A stretch of DNA of 57,927 nt from Thiobacillus sp. (GCA_035436705.1 DAOMWT010000001.1:1-57927), one strand, 5' to 3'. Numbered from the stretch's first letter, positions 1 through 11,619 are shown. Numbers and translations: made by a program. The notes: generated by a model not told the origin, from the sequence alone.

Positions 1-458
1 AGGGCGACGCCGTCGGCCCGACGCTGTATTACGGCGCCGGCGCCGGCGCCGAGCCGACCGCCTCCGCGGTGGTCGCCGACCTGGTCGATGTCACCCGACT
101 GCATACCGCCGATCCGCACCATCGCGTGCCGCATCTGGCGTTCCAGCCCGACCAGCTGGCCGCCACGCCGATCCTGCCGATGGACGAGGTGCGCACCGCC
201 TACTACCTGCGTCTGCGCGCCTTCGACCGTCCCGGCGTGCTGGCCGACATCACCCGTATCCTGGCCGACAGCGACATCTCCATCGACGCCATGGTGCAGA
301 AGGAGCCCGCCGAGGGCGAGGAGCAGGTCAACATCATCCTGCTGACCCACATCACGGTGGAAAAAAACATCAATGCCGCGATCGCCAGGATCGAGGCGCT
401 CGACGCCGTGGCGGGGCAGGTGATGCGCATCCGCCTCGAAGAACTGGCGGCCAGGTAA
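1..458 (+). CDS. hom: homoserine dehydrogenase, C-terminal part (5'-truncated by window)
   Basis: Frame reads YYGAGAGAEPTASAVVADL, then an ACT domain (YYLRLRAFDRPGVLADIT); directly upstream of thrC. Confidence 0.93.
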   Translation, partial: GDAVGPTLYYGAGAGAEPTASAVVADLVDVTRLHTADPHHRVPHLAFQPDQLAATPILPMDEVRTAYYLRLRAFDRPGVLADITRILADSDISIDAMVQKEPAEGEEQVNIILLTHITVEKNINAAIARIEALDAVAGQVMRIRLEELAAR

Positions 459-471
459 CCAAGGGCAGGCA

Positions 472-1896
472 ATGAACTACCTCAGCACGCGCGGCCTTGC
501 GCCACAACTCCGTTTCTCCGAAATCCTGCTCGGCGGGCTCGCCAGCGACGGCGGCCTTTATGTGCCGGAGTCCTACCCACGCTTTACCGACGCCGAACTC
601 ACGGCGATGCGCGGGATGGATTACCGCGAACTGGCCTTCGCCGTGCTGTCGCGCCTGATCGACGACATTCCGCACGACGACCTGCGCCGGCTGATCGACA
701 AGACCTACACCGCCGATGTCTACCGCTACGCCGGCCCGGGCGAGGACGCGGCGGACATCACCCCGCTGAAAACGCTGGAGCCCGGCCTGCACGTGCTGGC
801 GCTGTCGAACGGCCCGACGCTGGCGTTCAAGGACATGGCGATGCAGTTGCTCGGCAACCTGTTCGAATATGTGCTGGCGAAAACCGGCGGCGAGCTCAAC
901 ATCCTCGGTGCCACGTCCGGCGACACCGGTTCGGCCGCCGAATACGCGATGCGCGGCAAGCGCGGCATCCGGGTGTTCATGCTGTCGCCCGAGCACGGCA
1001 TGACGCGCTTCCAGCAGGCGCAGATGTATGCGCTCACGGACGCCAACATCCACAACCTGGTGATCCGCGGCGTGTTCGACCAGTGCCAGGACATCGTCAA
1101 GGGCGTTTCCAACGATCTGGACTTCAAGACGCGCCACCACATCGGCGCGGTCAACTCGATCAACTGGGCGCGTGTCGCGGCGCAGAGCGTGTATTACTTC
1201 AAGGCTTATTTCGCGGCCACTCACGGCAACGACCAGCAGGTGTCGTTCTCCGTGCCGTCGGGTAACTTCGGCAACGTCTGCGCCGGCCACATCGCGCGCC
1301 GGATGGGCTTGCCGATCGCCAAACTGATCGTCGCCACCAACGAGAACGACGTGCTCGATGAGTTCTTCAAGACCGGCGTCTACCGCCCGCGCCCGGAAAC
1401 CAGGCACACCTCCAGCCCGTCGATGGATATCTCCAAGGCGTCCAACTTCGAGCGCTTCGTGTTCGATCTCAGCGGGCGCGATGCCGCCAGGATCCGCAGC
1501 CTGTGGGGCGCGGTCGAGTCGGGCGGCAGCTTCGATCTCAATGCCGACGGCCTGTTCGGGCGCGTGGCCGAGTTCGGCATGGTCTCGGGATCGAGCAGCC
1601 ACGCCAACCGCATCGACACCATCCGCACCGTGTACGAGGTCTACGGCACCACGATCGACCCGCATACCGCCGATGGCCTGAAAGTGGGTCTCGAGCACCG
1701 CGAGCCGGGTGTGCCGCTGATCTGTATGGAAACTGCGCAGCCGGCCAAGTTCGAGGACGCGATCCGCGAGGCGCTCGGCATCGAGCCGGTGCGCCCGGCC
1801 GAACTCGCCGAGCTGGAAGCGCAGCCGCAGAAAAAGCACGTCATGGATGCCGACATCGATGCGGTCAAGCAGTTCATCGCCGACCACACCGGCTGA
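472..1896 (+). CDS. thrC: threonine synthase
   Basis: MNYLSTRG start, GPTLAFKD PLP-lysine motif, ATSGDTGSAA, VPSGNFGN. Confidence 0.97.
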   Translation: MNYLSTRGLAPQLRFSEILLGGLASDGGLYVPESYPRFTDAELTAMRGMDYRELAFAVLSRLIDDIPHDDLRRLIDKTYTADVYRYAGPGEDAADITPLKTLEPGLHVLALSNGPTLAFKDMAMQLLGNLFEYVLAKTGGELNILGATSGDTGSAAEYAMRGKRGIRVFMLSPEHGMTRFQQAQMYALTDANIHNLVIRGVFDQCQDIVKGVSNDLDFKTRHHIGAVNSINWARVAAQSVYYFKAYFAATHGNDQQVSFSVPSGNFGNVCAGHIARRMGLPIAKLIVATNENDVLDEFFKTGVYRPRPETRHTSSPSMDISKASNFERFVFDLSGRDAARIRSLWGAVESGGSFDLNADGLFGRVAEFGMVSGSSSHANRIDTIRTVYEVYGTTIDPHTADGLKVGLEHREPGVPLICMETAQPAKFEDAIREALGIEPVRPAELAELEAQPQKKHVMDADIDAVKQFIADHTG

Positions 1897-2515
1897 TCCC
1901 GACCGGCCGGAAGATCTTGGCAGGCTGGTGGAGAAGGTGCAGGCGTGCACCGTCTGCGCCGCAAACCTGCCGCATTCCCCGCGCCCCGTTCTGCGGGTTT
2001 CTCCCACCGCGCGCCTGCTGATCGTCGGCCAGGCGCCGGGACGGCGCGTGCATGAGACCGGCATTCCATGGAGCGATCCCTCTGGCGATTTGCTGCGGCA
2101 ATGGCTGGGAATGACGCGCGAACAGTTCTACGATGCGACGTGCATTGCCATCGTCCCCACCGGCCTGTGCTACCCCGGCACGGCGAAAGGCGGCGACCTG
2201 CCGCCGCGCCCGGAATGCGCGCCGCTGTGGCATCCGCAGCTGATCCAGGCCATGCCGCAGATCCGGTTGACGCTGCTGATCGGCGCTTACGCCCAGGCGT
2301 ATTACCTGGGACGGCGGCGTGGCAGAACGCTGGCCGACACGGTGCATGCATGGCGCGATTTCTCTCCGGATTTATTTCCGCTGCCGCATCCCAGTCCGCG
2401 CAACCGGCTGTGGCTGAAGCGCAACCCCTGGTTCGAAGCCGAGGTGCTGCCGGCCCTGCGCGAACGGGTTGGAGCCGCGCTGGCACCGGGTGATAATGAC
2501 GGCGCTGCGCTATAA
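1847..2515 (+). CDS. uracil-DNA glycosylase family protein; true start probably near 1890-1930
   Basis: CTVC, IVGQAPG and LPHPSPRN motifs; ORF-track start overlaps thrC. Confidence 0.85.
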   Translation: MPTSMRSSSSSPTTPADPDRPEDLGRLVEKVQACTVCAANLPHSPRPVLRVSPTARLLIVGQAPGRRVHETGIPWSDPSGDLLRQWLGMTREQFYDATCIAIVPTGLCYPGTAKGGDLPPRPECAPLWHPQLIQAMPQIRLTLLIGAYAQAYYLGRRRGRTLADTVHAWRDFSPDLFPLPHPSPRNRLWLKRNPWFEAEVLPALRERVGAALAPGDNDGAAL

Positions 2516-2549
2516 CCAGCTCTAACAAAGCCATACTCAGGGAACCCGA

Positions 2550-3158
2550 ATGAAACTCGTCAGCTCGCTCACCAGCCCTTACGGCCGCAAGGTTCGTGTG
2601 GTGCTGGCGGAAAAGAAAATCCCGTTCCAGCTCCAGGTCGAGAATCCCTGGCTGCCCGACAGCCCCGTGCCCGACTTCAACCCGCTCGGCAAGGTGCCGG
2701 TGCTGGTGCTGGAGGACGGTGAATCTGTGTTCGATTCGCGTGTCATCGTCGAGTACCTCGACCATGTCAGTCCGGTTGCGCACCTGATTCCCGGCGAGCC
2801 GAAAAGCCGCATGATGGTACGCGGCGTCGAAGCGCTGGCCGATGGCGTTACCGATGCCGCGGTCGCGATTTTCTACGAAAAGAAACGCCCCGCCGACAAG
2901 CAGAGCACCGACTGGCTGACTCTGCAGGAAAAAACGCTGTTCCGCGGACTCGAAGCCCTGTCCGAGGCGCTTGGCGAAAAACCCTGGTATCTTGGCAACA
3001 GCATGACGCTTGCCGACGTAGCCTGCGGTTGCATGCTGGGGTACTTGAATCTGCGCTTCCCTGAAATCGATTGGCGCGGCGTGCATCCCAACCTGGCAAA
3101 ACTTTTCGACAAGCTGATGACGCGTGCCTCGTTCAAGGAAACCGTACCGATCGTCTGA
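2550..3158 (+). CDS. glutathione S-transferase
   Basis: TSPYGRKVR, NPLGKVPVL, FDSRVIVEYL. Confidence 0.93.
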   Translation: MKLVSSLTSPYGRKVRVVLAEKKIPFQLQVENPWLPDSPVPDFNPLGKVPVLVLEDGESVFDSRVIVEYLDHVSPVAHLIPGEPKSRMMVRGVEALADGVTDAAVAIFYEKKRPADKQSTDWLTLQEKTLFRGLEALSEALGEKPWYLGNSMTLADVACGCMLGYLNLRFPEIDWRGVHPNLAKLFDKLMTRASFKETVPIV

Positions 3159-3282
3159 TGCGCTTACTCTCCTCCCCTGCAAGCGGGCCGCGGGAGGTCG
3201 TTGCCAAGCAGCGGAGCACCTGCTGGCGTACTCCTTGCGGGTGGAAGGGGAAATCTGAACGACCGTGCAATGGAGAAATGGA

Positions 3283-3819
3283 ATGCCTCGTGAAATCGCA
3301 ACACTCGCCGGCGGCTGCTTCTGGTGTACCGAGACCGTGTTCAATCGTCTGCTCGGCGTCGAGTCCGCCGTCTCCGGCTACATGGGCGGCCACACCGAGA
3401 ATCCCACCTACAAGGACATCTGCAACGGCGACACCGGCCATGCCGAAGTCGTGCAGGTGACGTTCGACCCCGAGGTGATCGCCTACCGCGAACTACTCGA
3501 CGTCCTCTTCACGATCCACGACCCTACCCAGTTCAACCGCCAGGGCAACGACGTCGGCACTCAGTACCGCTCCGCCATCTTCTGGCACACGCCCGGGCAG
3601 AAGGCCGAGGCCGAAGCGGTGATTGCGGAGTTGAATGCTTCAAAACAGTACGCTGCGCCCATCGTCACCGAAGTCGCCGAAGCGACGACCTTCTACCCCG
3701 CCGAGGATTACCACCAGCGCTACTTTGAACAGAATCCGCATCAGCCGTATTGCCAGTTCGTGGTGGTGCCGAAGGTGGCGAAGGCGGAGGCGAAGTTCGC
3801 TACGAGATTGAAAGAGTAG
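3283..3819 (+). CDS. msrA: peptide-methionine (S)-S-oxide reductase
   Basis: GGCFWC catalytic motif, GTQYRSAI, AEDYHQRY; GGAG upstream of ATG 3283. Confidence 0.96.
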   Translation: MPREIATLAGGCFWCTETVFNRLLGVESAVSGYMGGHTENPTYKDICNGDTGHAEVVQVTFDPEVIAYRELLDVLFTIHDPTQFNRQGNDVGTQYRSAIFWHTPGQKAEAEAVIAELNASKQYAAPIVTEVAEATTFYPAEDYHQRYFEQNPHQPYCQFVVVPKVAKAEAKFATRLKE

Positions 3820-3829
3820 GATACATTGC

Positions 3830-4370
3830 GTGGGCGCCAGGCCAAATCCCTTAGCCTGTCTATTCATGATTTGGCTCATGGCAGCCTACCTATTGATCAC
3901 GTTGTTTCTTGATTGGACTGGGTTTTCCAGCCAGTCATACAGTGGCGTTGAAGCGATCGCAAAGCTTATCCCGAGCATACAGCCTTACGCTGCGCTATCG
4001 CCTAATGTTGATAAAGCCACCATTGAACTGGTACTAGCATGGATTTTCGGGTTAGCCCTGCCACTTGTGATGCTGCCCGCATTGGATTGGCAATGGATTA
4101 ATCAAAGGTCAGCTCGCCAGGGACAGCTGAAGACAGTACTACTTCTTCCTTACCACGGGGATACTTCTACTCGTATTGGTTTTGTACCCAGTGCCTCCGT
4201 TTCCATCAAGACGGGTAAGCGGCCGCGTAATTTTATCTTTGCTTAAATCGGATTCGGCTTTTATATGGGGCGCTTTCGTAATGATGTTCGTCGGACTTGG
4301 GGTGACTAGTCTAGGTACCGCCGTTAAGCAGGTCCGTAGCGTGGCTATGAAGCGTGGGAAGCGAAAGTGA
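3830..4370 (+). pseudogene. low-GC multi-TM hypothetical membrane protein split by an apparent frameshift near 4135-4145
   Basis: ORFs 3830-4246 and 4176-4370 overlap in different frames; the hydrophobic reading continues in the second frame (FFLTTGILLLVLVLYP); visibly AT-richer than flanks. Confidence 0.55.
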
Positions 4371-4394
4371 TAGAGGTCGTGGTTATCCGCGCCT

Positions 4395-6089
4395 TTAATT
4401 TCCAGTCTTCACCCACGAATCCTTCAACGTCACCGTACGGTTGAACACCGGCGCACCGAGCTTCGAATCGACGCGATCCGCGACAAAGTAGCCGTGCCGC
4501 TCGAACTGGAAGGACTGCTCGGGCGCGGCGTCCTTGAGCGCAGGCTCCAGTTGCGCGCGGATGACCTTCACCGAATCGGTGTTGAGGTCGTCGAGGAAGT
4601 CGCCGGTCTCGCCGCCCGGCTGCGCAGTCTTGAACAAGCGGTCGTAGAGGCGCACTTCGGCCTCGTACGCGTGCGCCGCGCTCACCCAGTGGATGTTGCC
4701 CTTGACCTTGACCGAGTCGGCGCCGGGGGTGCCGGACTTGGTGTCGGGCAGGTAGTCGCAGTGCACGGCGGTGATGGTGCCGTCGGCGTCCTTGTCGCAG
4801 CCGGTGCATTTGACGACGTAGCCGTAGCGCAGGCGCACGGAATTACCCGGAAATAAGCGGAAATAGCCCTTGGGCGGCGTTTCCATGAAGTCCTCGCGCT
4901 CGATCCACAACTCGCGTGAGAACGGCACCGCGCGCTTGCCAAGATTCGGCTGCTGCGGATGGTTGGGGGCGAAGCAGTCTTCCGACTGGCCTGCCGGATA
5001 GTTGTCGATGACGAGCCTCACCGGGTCGAGCACGGCGATGCGGCGCAGCGCGGAGTCGTTGAGCACGTCGCGCTGGCAGGCTTCGAACACGCTGTAGTCG
5101 ATCCAGCCGTCGGACTTCGACACGCCGATCTGGTCGGTGAAGCGGCGGAAGCCTTCGGGCGTGTAGCCTCGTCGGCGCGCGCCGACGAGCGTCGGCATGC
5201 GTGGGTCGTCCCAGCCGAAAACGTGCTTTTCGTCGACCAGCTGGATCAGCTTGCGCTTCGACAGCACGACGTAGGTCAGATTCAGCCGCGCGAATTCGAT
5301 CTGCTGCGGCAGCGGACGGGTGAAGAAGCCCCCAATGGCGAGCTTGTCGAGGAGCCAGTCGTAGAACGGCCGCTGGTCCTCGAATTCGAGCGTGCAGATC
5401 GAGTGCGTGATGCGCTCGATCGCGTCCTCGATCGGATGCGCGTAGGTGTACATCGGGTAGATGCACCATTTGTCGCCGGTGTTGTGGTGGGTGGCGCGCT
5501 TGATGCGGTAGATCGCCGGGTCGCGCAGGTTGATGTTGGGCGAGGCCATGTCGATCTTCGCCCGCAGCACATGCGCGCCGTCGGGGAATTCGCCCGCGCG
5601 CATCCTGCGGAAGAGGTCGAGGTTTTCCTCGACCGAGCGATTCCGATACGGGCTGTCCTTGCCCTTTTCAGTCAGCGTGCCGCGGTAGGCACGCATCTCG
5701 TCGGCGGAAAGCGAGTCGACGTAGGCGTGGCCGGCCTGGATCAGGTACTCGGCGCAGGCGTACATGGTGTCGAAGTAGTTCGACGCGTAGTAGAGGTGCG
5801 CGCCCCAGTCGAAGCCCAGCCACTTCACCGACTCGACGATGGAGTCGACGTATTCCTGTTCTTCCTTCTCCGGGTTGGTGTCGTCGAAGCGCAGGTGGCA
5901 GACGCCGTCGTAGTCGCGCGCGAGGCCGAAATTGAGGCAGATCGACTTGGCGTGGCCGAGGTGCAGGTAGCCGTTGGGCTCGGGCGGAAAACGCGTCTCG
6001 ACGCGACCGCCCCATTTTCCGGCAGCGTTCTGCTCGTCGATGAGGTTGCGGATGAAGTTGGCGGCGGGGGTGGGGGCTTCGTGCGACAT
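4395..6089 (-). CDS. glnS: glutamine--tRNA ligase
   Basis: [18 protein letters not shown] (HIGH-type), [16 protein letters not shown]. Confidence 0.97.
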   Translation of the reverse strand: MSHEAPTPAANFIRNLIDEQNAAGKWGGRVETRFPPEPNGYLHLGHAKSICLNFGLARDYDGVCHLRFDDTNPEKEEQEYVDSIVESVKWLGFDWGAHLYYASNYFDTMYACAEYLIQAGHAYVDSLSADEMRAYRGTLTEKGKDSPYRNRSVEENLDLFRRMRAGEFPDGAHVLRAKIDMASPNINLRDPAIYRIKRATHHNTGDKWCIYPMYTYAHPIEDAIERITHSICTLEFEDQRPFYDWLLDKLAIGGFFTRPLPQQIEFARLNLTYVVLSKRKLIQLVDEKHVFGWDDPRMPTLVGARRRGYTPEGFRRFTDQIGVSKSDGWIDYSVFEACQRDVLNDSALRRIAVLDPVRLVIDNYPAGQSEDCFAPNHPQQPNLGKRAVPFSRELWIEREDFMETPPKGYFRLFPGNSVRLRYGYVVKCTGCDKDADGTITAVHCDYLPDTKSGTPGADSVKVKGNIHWVSAAHAYEAEVRLYDRLFKTAQPGGETGDFLDDLNTDSVKVIRAQLEPALKDAAPEQSFQFERHGYFVADRVDSKLGAPVFNRTVTLKDSWVKTGN

Positions 6090-6128
6090 GGCGGGATGGG
6101 GATCTGGGATGCGTGGATTGTAGCGGGT

Positions 6129-7205
6129 TCAGGTGATGATGCCGCCGCCGAGACACACCTCGCCGTCGTATAGCACTACCGATTGCCCGGGCGTGACGGC
6201 CCATTGCGGCGCGTCGAACGCGAGTTCCAGCGTGTCGGCGTCGAGCCGGGTGATGCCGCAGGCGGCGTCGGCCTGGCGGTAGCGCGTCTTCGCGGTGTAG
6301 GGCTTGCCGGGGTCGGGGGCGACGCCGCTGATCCAGTTGAGCTGGCCGGCCGTGAGGCTGGAGCGCTTGAGCAGCGGATGGTCGTGCCCTTGCACCACAA
6401 TGAGGGTATTGCTCGCCATGTCCTTGGCGGCGACAAACCACGGCGCGATACTGCCGTCCTTCTGCCCGCCGATGCCGAGGCCATGGCGCTGCCCGAGGGT
6501 GTAATACATCATGCCCTGATGCTGTCCGACGACGCGCCCATCCGGGGTTTTCATGTCGCCGGGATCGCGCGGCAGGTAGCGTTCGAGGAATTCTCGGAAA
6601 TTGCGCTCGCCGATGAAACAGATGCCGGTGCTGTCTTTCTTGGCGGCGTTGGGCAGGCCGATCTGCGCGGCGATTTTGCGCACCTCGGGTTTGGGCAGGT
6701 CCGCCAGCGGGAACAGGGCAGGGGAGAGCTGCGCCTGGCTCAGACGGTAGAGAAAATAGCTCTGGTCCTTGTTGGCATCATGGGCCTTGAGCAGGGTTGC
6801 GCGGCCCGCAGCGTCTGCGTCCTTGCCGGCGTAATGCCCGGTGGCGATGTATTCCGCGCCGCGCGCAATCGCGTCGTCGAGGAAAGCCTTGAACTTGATC
6901 TCGGCGTTGCACAGCACGTCGGGGTTGGGGGTGCGGCCGGCCTGGTATTCGGCGAGGAAGTAACTGAACACGCGTTCCTTGTATTCGGCGGCGAAGTTGA
7001 CTACATCAACCTCGATGCCGAGCACGTCGGCGACCGCCAATACGTCCAAAAAATCTTGTCTGGCGGTGCACTGTTCGGTGCCATCGTCGTCGTTCCAGTT
7101 CTTCATGAAGACGCCGAGCACGTCGTAGCCCTGCTGCTTCAGCAGATGGGCGGCAATGGCGGAATCGACCCCGCCGGAGAGACCGACAACGACGCGCGTG
7201 TTCAT
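6129..7205 (-). CDS. mnmA: tRNA 2-thiouridylase MnmA
   Basis: SGGVDS PP-loop, [31 protein letters not shown]. Confidence 0.97.
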   Translation of the reverse strand: MNTRVVVGLSGGVDSAIAAHLLKQQGYDVLGVFMKNWNDDDGTEQCTARQDFLDVLAVADVLGIEVDVVNFAAEYKERVFSYFLAEYQAGRTPNPDVLCNAEIKFKAFLDDAIARGAEYIATGHYAGKDADAAGRATLLKAHDANKDQSYFLYRLSQAQLSPALFPLADLPKPEVRKIAAQIGLPNAAKKDSTGICFIGERNFREFLERYLPRDPGDMKTPDGRVVGQHQGMMYYTLGQRHGLGIGGQKDGSIAPWFVAAKDMASNTLIVVQGHDHPLLKRSSLTAGQLNWISGVAPDPGKPYTAKTRYRQADAACGITRLDADTLELAFDAPQWAVTPGQSVVLYDGEVCLGGGIIT

Positions 7206-7651
7206 GCGTGGCTCACGAAATTGAGCGGAAAGCGCCGCCCGGCGAGATAATCCTCGACGCAGCGCATCACTAGCGGGCTACGGTGCAGGGTGGGATGGGC
7301 GGCGAGTTCCGCCGGCGTCAGCCACAGCGCGCGCACGATGCCGTGATCGAGCGCGCGCCCGGCGTCGAAACCGACGGCTTCGCAGACATAGGCGAAGCGC
7401 AGATAGGTGATGTCGCGACGCGGATAGTAGGTGCTGTAGCAGCCCAGCAATGCAAGCGGCTCGACGTGATGTGCGGTTTCCTCCAGCGTCTCGCGGCGCA
7501 CCGCATCGAGCAGGGTTTCGCCGCGTTCCCAGTGACCGGCGGGCTGGTTCAGGCGCAGGCCTTCGGCCGTGTGTTCCTCCACCAGCAGGAATGTGCCGTT
7601 GCGCTCGACGATGGCGGCAGCGACGACGTGGGGCAACCAGGTTTCAGACAT
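7202..7651 (-). CDS. NUDIX hydrolase (NudJ-like)
   Basis: [25 protein letters not shown] Nudix box; conserved rluE-nudJ-mnmA order. Confidence 0.9.
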   Translation of the reverse strand: MSETWLPHVVAAAIVERNGTFLLVEEHTAEGLRLNQPAGHWERGETLLDAVRRETLEETAHHVEPLALLGCYSTYYPRRDITYLRFAYVCEAVGFDAGRALDHGIVRALWLTPAELAAHPTLHRSPLVMRCVEDYLAGRRFPLNFVSHA

Positions 7652-8186
7652 GCTGTTCCATCCATTCTCCGGGCTGCAAGGCGCCCAGGGTCCATTCGCC
7701 GACGGCGGCCCGGATCAGCCGCAGCGTCGGGAAGCCGATTTTCGCCGTCATCCGGCGCACCTGGCGGTTTTTGCCTTCGTCGATCGTGAGTTCGATCCAG
7801 CTTGTCGGGACGGCCGCGCGAAAACGGATCGGCGGGGTGCGCGGCCACAGGCCGGCAGGTTCGTCGATGAGGCGCAGCGTGGCCGGGCGGGTGACGAAAT
7901 CACCGAGGTCGACGCCACGGCGCAGCGGCTCCAGCGCGGCATCGTCGGGAGTCCCCTCGACCTGCGCCCAGTAGATTTTCGGCAGTTTGTGGCGCGGATC
8001 GGCGATGCGGCTTTGGAGCGGCCCGTCATCGGTTAAAATCAGCAGCCCCTCGCTGTCAGCGTCCAATCGCCCGGCCGCATACACGCCGGGCACGCTGAGG
8101 TGATCGCGCAGACCCTGCCAGCGCCCCTCGGGGGTGAACTGGCTCAGCACGCCGTAGGGTTTGTTGAACAGGATCAATCGCGCCAC
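7644..8186 (-). CDS. rluE: 23S rRNA pseudouridine synthase E-like
   Basis: [35 protein letters not shown]; divergent from icd. Confidence 0.88.
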   Translation of the reverse strand: MARLILFNKPYGVLSQFTPEGRWQGLRDHLSVPGVYAAGRLDADSEGLLILTDDGPLQSRIADPRHKLPKIYWAQVEGTPDDAALEPLRRGVDLGDFVTRPATLRLIDEPAGLWPRTPPIRFRAAVPTSWIELTIDEGKNRQVRRMTAKIGFPTLRLIRAAVGEWTLGALQPGEWMEQHV

Positions 8187-8254
8187 GCTACAGATACATT
8201 CGCAAAAACGCCCATTTTAACGTTACCCGAGCACTCATCTTAATTTATCCAGCC

Positions 8255-9496
8255 ATGACTTATCAGAACATCCAGATCCCCGCCAACGGTCAGAAAATCA
8301 CCGTCAACGCCGACAACACCCTGAGCGTGCCCGACACGCCCATCATCCCCTTCATCGAGGGCGACGGCACCGGTGTCGACATCACCCCGGCGATGCGCCG
8401 CGTGGTTGATGCGGCAGTGGCCAGGGCCTACGGCGGCAACAGGCAGATCGCCTGGATGGAAGTGTTCGCCGGCGAGAAGGCGATCAAGATCTATGGCGGC
8501 GACCAGTGGCTGCCGGACGAGACTGTGCAGGCGGTGAAGGACTATGTGATCTCGATCAAGGGCCCGCTCACCACGCCGACCTCGGGCGGCATTCGCTCGC
8601 TCAACGTCGCGCTGCGCCAGATGCTCGACCTCTACGTATGCCTGCGCCCGGTGCGTTACTTCGCCGGCGTGCCGAGCCCGGTGAAGGCGCCGGAGAAGGT
8701 CGACATGGTGATCTTCCGCGAGAACACCGAAGACATCTACGCCGGCGTCGAGTGGGAAGCCAACTCCGAGGCGGTGCAGAAGGTCATCGCCTTCCTGCAG
8801 CAGGAAATGGGCGTGACTAAAATCCGCTTTCCCGCGACCTCGGCCATTGGCATCAAGCCGGTGTCGATCGAGGGTTCCGAGCGCCTGATCCGCAAGGCGA
8901 TCCAGTACGCGATCGACAACGGCCGCAAGTCGGTGACCCTGGTGCACAAAGGCAACATCATGAAGTTCACCGAAGGCGGCTTCAAGAAGTGGGGCTATGA
9001 GCTCGCCGCGCGCGAATTTGGTGCCAGGCTGATCGGCGAAGGCCCGTGGATGGAATTACCCAACGGTATCGTGATCAAGGACGTCATCGCCGACGCCTTC
9101 CTGCAGCAGATCCTGCTGCGCCCGGACGAATACGACGTGATTGCCACGCTCAACCTCAACGGCGACTATATCTCCGACGCGCTGGCGGCGGAAGTCGGCG
9201 GCATCGGCATCGCGCCGGGAGCGAACCTGTCCGACACCGTGGCGATGTTCGAGGCGACTCACGGTACCGCGCCGAAGTACGCCGGCAAGGACTACGTCAA
9301 TCCGGGCTCACTGATCCTGTCGGCCGAGATGATGCTGCGCCACCTCGGCTGGATCGAGGCGGCCGATCTGATCGTGGCCAGCATGGAAAAAGCCATTGCT
9401 GCCAAATCGGTGACCTATGATTTTGCGCGCCTGATGGAGGGCGCGACCGAGGTGAAGTGCTCGCAGTTTGCCGAGGCGATGGTGGCGAAGATGTAA
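8255..9496 (+). CDS. icd: NADP-dependent isocitrate dehydrogenase
   Basis: [45 protein letters not shown]. Confidence 0.97.
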   Translation: MTYQNIQIPANGQKITVNADNTLSVPDTPIIPFIEGDGTGVDITPAMRRVVDAAVARAYGGNRQIAWMEVFAGEKAIKIYGGDQWLPDETVQAVKDYVISIKGPLTTPTSGGIRSLNVALRQMLDLYVCLRPVRYFAGVPSPVKAPEKVDMVIFRENTEDIYAGVEWEANSEAVQKVIAFLQQEMGVTKIRFPATSAIGIKPVSIEGSERLIRKAIQYAIDNGRKSVTLVHKGNIMKFTEGGFKKWGYELAAREFGARLIGEGPWMELPNGIVIKDVIADAFLQQILLRPDEYDVIATLNLNGDYISDALAAEVGGIGIAPGANLSDTVAMFEATHGTAPKYAGKDYVNPGSLILSAEMMLRHLGWIEAADLIVASMEKAIAAKSVTYDFARLMEGATEVKCSQFAEAMVAKM

Positions 9497-9504
9497 GCCT
9501 GCGC

Positions 9505-9544
9505 AGCCAGAAAAAACCCCGCCGCGGCGGGGTTTTTTCTGGCT
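9505..9544. terminator. bidirectional intrinsic terminator between icd and the cold-shock gene
   Basis: agccagaaaaaaccccgcc-gc-ggcggggttttttctggct perfect hairpin with A and T tracts. Confidence 0.85.
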
Positions 9545-9552
9545 CGAACAAC

Positions 9553-9759
9553 TCAGCCTTGCGGCTGGATATTGGAAGCCTGCTTGCCTTTGGGGCCCTG
9601 GCTGACTTCGAAGCTGACCTTCTGGCCTTCCTTCAGGGTCTTGAAACCATTGGACTGGATGGCGGAGAAATGTGCGAACACATCCTCGCCGCCGTCATCG
9701 GGGGTAATGAATCCAAAACCCTTGGCATCGCTGAACCATTTGACAGTACCTGTTGCCAT
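9553..9759 (-). CDS. cold-shock domain protein (CspA family)
   Basis: [20 protein letters not shown] (RNP1), DVFAHFSAI (RNP2). Confidence 0.96.
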   Translation of the reverse strand: MATGTVKWFSDAKGFGFITPDDGGEDVFAHFSAIQSNGFKTLKEGQKVSFEVSQGPKGKQASNIQPQG

Positions 9760-10048
9760 TCAAACTTCCTCCTTGGCGTGACACGAACAACATAACCGCG
9801 ATAAGCGCAATTGCACCCCGTAGGGGCATAAACACTGGCGGATGACTGGACGGCATGATTTTTTTGGCCGTCGGTCTGAATTCAAGCGCGCTACCCGGTG
9901 ATGCCCTGTGGTAATGCCAAACCTGCACGGTTCTTGAAACCAAACTTTTTGCTTTTTACTACCGTGCATGAGTTTTTACAAGTGTAAAGCCGAGAAAAAA
10001 CAATGGGCTCGGCTAGACTGTGGTTTCCATTCAACCAAAGGGGGAGCG

Positions 10049-10345
10049 ATGAAAAAAACCGTCTTGATCGGCTTGCTGGTGGGCGTCATGCTGGCCACGG
10101 GTGCCTGGGCCGAAACGGCGCAGCAGACGCGGATGAAGTCGTGCAATGCCGAGGCAGGCAAACAAAGCCTTGCCGGCGATGCGCGCAAGGCTTTCATGAA
10201 ATCCTGTTTGTCCGGCGCAACGCAATCCGGCGAAAAAATCACCCAGCAGCAGCGCATGAAGAATTGCAACGCCGAGGCCTCCGGCAAGCAAATGAAGGGC
10301 GATGCGCGCAAGGCCTTCATGAAGTCCTGCCTGTCAGGCAAGTAA
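10049..10345 (+). CDS. psiF: PsiF-repeat periplasmic protein
   Basis: Signal peptide plus two QQxRMKxCNAEA...GDARKAFMKSCL repeats; GGAG RBS. Confidence 0.88.
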   Translation: MKKTVLIGLLVGVMLATGAWAETAQQTRMKSCNAEAGKQSLAGDARKAFMKSCLSGATQSGEKITQQQRMKNCNAEASGKQMKGDARKAFMKSCLSGK

Positions 10346-10366
10346 ACTGATCAGACAGGCAAACTG

Positions 10367-10400
10367 AACGAAGGCCCGCAGCACCGGGCCTTCGTGGTTT
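10367..10400 (+). terminator. probable terminator after psiF
   Basis: acgaaggcccg-cagcac-cgggccttcgt hairpin, weak T tail. Confidence 0.55.
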
Positions 10401-10422
10401 GGGGGATGAGGGGTGCGGTAGG

Positions 10423-11577
10423 ATGCGGATCATGCGCGCCACCTGGGACATCTTCTGCAACGTCGTCGACAACTATGGCGACATCGGCATCGCCTGGCGG
10501 CTGGCGCGCGGGCTGGCCAGGGAGCAGGGTCTGGCAGTGCGGCTTTGGGTGGATGATCTGCATGCGTTTCACCGCATCTGGCCGGCCATCGCGGTGGATG
10601 TGGATCGGCAAACCTGCGAGAGCGTGGCGGTCTGCGGGTGGCGCATGCCGTTTGCTGCGGTCCAGCCGGCGCAAGTGGTGATCGAGGCATTCGGCTGTGC
10701 CTTGCCGGAATCCTATCTGACCGCGATGAGCCTGCAGGTGCCGCCACCGGTCTGGATCAATCTCGAATACCTGAGCGCCGAACCCTGGGTGGCGGAACAC
10801 CATGGCTTGCCGTCGCCGCATCCGCGCTTGCCATTGACCAAATATTTTTTCTTTCCCGGCTACACGGCTGGCACCGGCGGTTTGCTGGCCGAGGCGGATC
10901 TGGCCGGACGGCGTGCAGCGTTTGTGCGCACCGGCACGGGCGCGTTCTGGCGCCGGCTTGGGTTGGGTGCGCCACAGCCTGAGGAGTTGCGGGTGTCGCT
11001 GTTCGCTTACGAAAACCCTGCGCTTCCTGCCCTGCTCGACGCCTGGGTGGCCGACACGCGTCCCGTCACCTGCCTCGTGCCCGAAGGCCGGGTCATCCCG
11101 CAACTGGCGGCATGGCTGCCGGTTTCCGCACTGCAGGCGGGAGACGAACACAGGCGTGGCGCCTTGCGGCTGCGTATTTTGCCGTTTCTGGATCAGGACA
11201 CGTACGACTGCCTGTTATGGGCGTGTGGCCTCAATTTTGTGCGGGGCGAGGATTCCTGCGTGCGGGCACAGTGGGCAGCGCGTCCATTGGTCTGGCAAGC
11301 CTATCCGCAGGCCGGGGCGGCGCACTGGGCCAAGCTGGATGCGCTGCTGGCACGTTACACGGCAGGGCTGGATGCTGCGGCGGCGCGGGCGATGGCGGAT
11401 CTGTGGCAGCGCTGGAACGGCCAGCCCGATACGCCGGATATGGCGCAATGCTGGACGGCGTATCGGGCGCAGCAGAACCCGATCGAGCGTCATGCACGCG
11501 CCTGGCCCGAGCGGCTCGCCCCGGCCGGACGCCTGACCGACACGCTGGTTGACTTTGTGGAAAATAAGTTAAAATAA
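10423..11577 (+). CDS. earP: EF-P arginine rhamnosyltransferase
   Basis: WDIFCNVVDNYGDIG, WINLEYLSAE, NFVRGEDS; adjacent to efp; start 10423 or 10432. Confidence 0.95.
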   Translation: MRIMRATWDIFCNVVDNYGDIGIAWRLARGLAREQGLAVRLWVDDLHAFHRIWPAIAVDVDRQTCESVAVCGWRMPFAAVQPAQVVIEAFGCALPESYLTAMSLQVPPPVWINLEYLSAEPWVAEHHGLPSPHPRLPLTKYFFFPGYTAGTGGLLAEADLAGRRAAFVRTGTGAFWRRLGLGAPQPEELRVSLFAYENPALPALLDAWVADTRPVTCLVPEGRVIPQLAAWLPVSALQAGDEHRRGALRLRILPFLDQDTYDCLLWACGLNFVRGEDSCVRAQWAARPLVWQAYPQAGAAHWAKLDALLARYTAGLDAAAARAMADLWQRWNGQPDTPDMAQCWTAYRAQQNPIERHARAWPERLAPAGRLTDTLVDFVENKLK

Positions 11578-11619
11578 CGAGTTTTCTAAAATTTACCAGC
11601 TATCGCAACAGGCACATCC

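Noticed and set aside
10120-10340. Internal direct repeat in the 98-aa secreted protein
   Set aside because: Explained by the two PsiF domains; not a CRISPR or mobile repeat.
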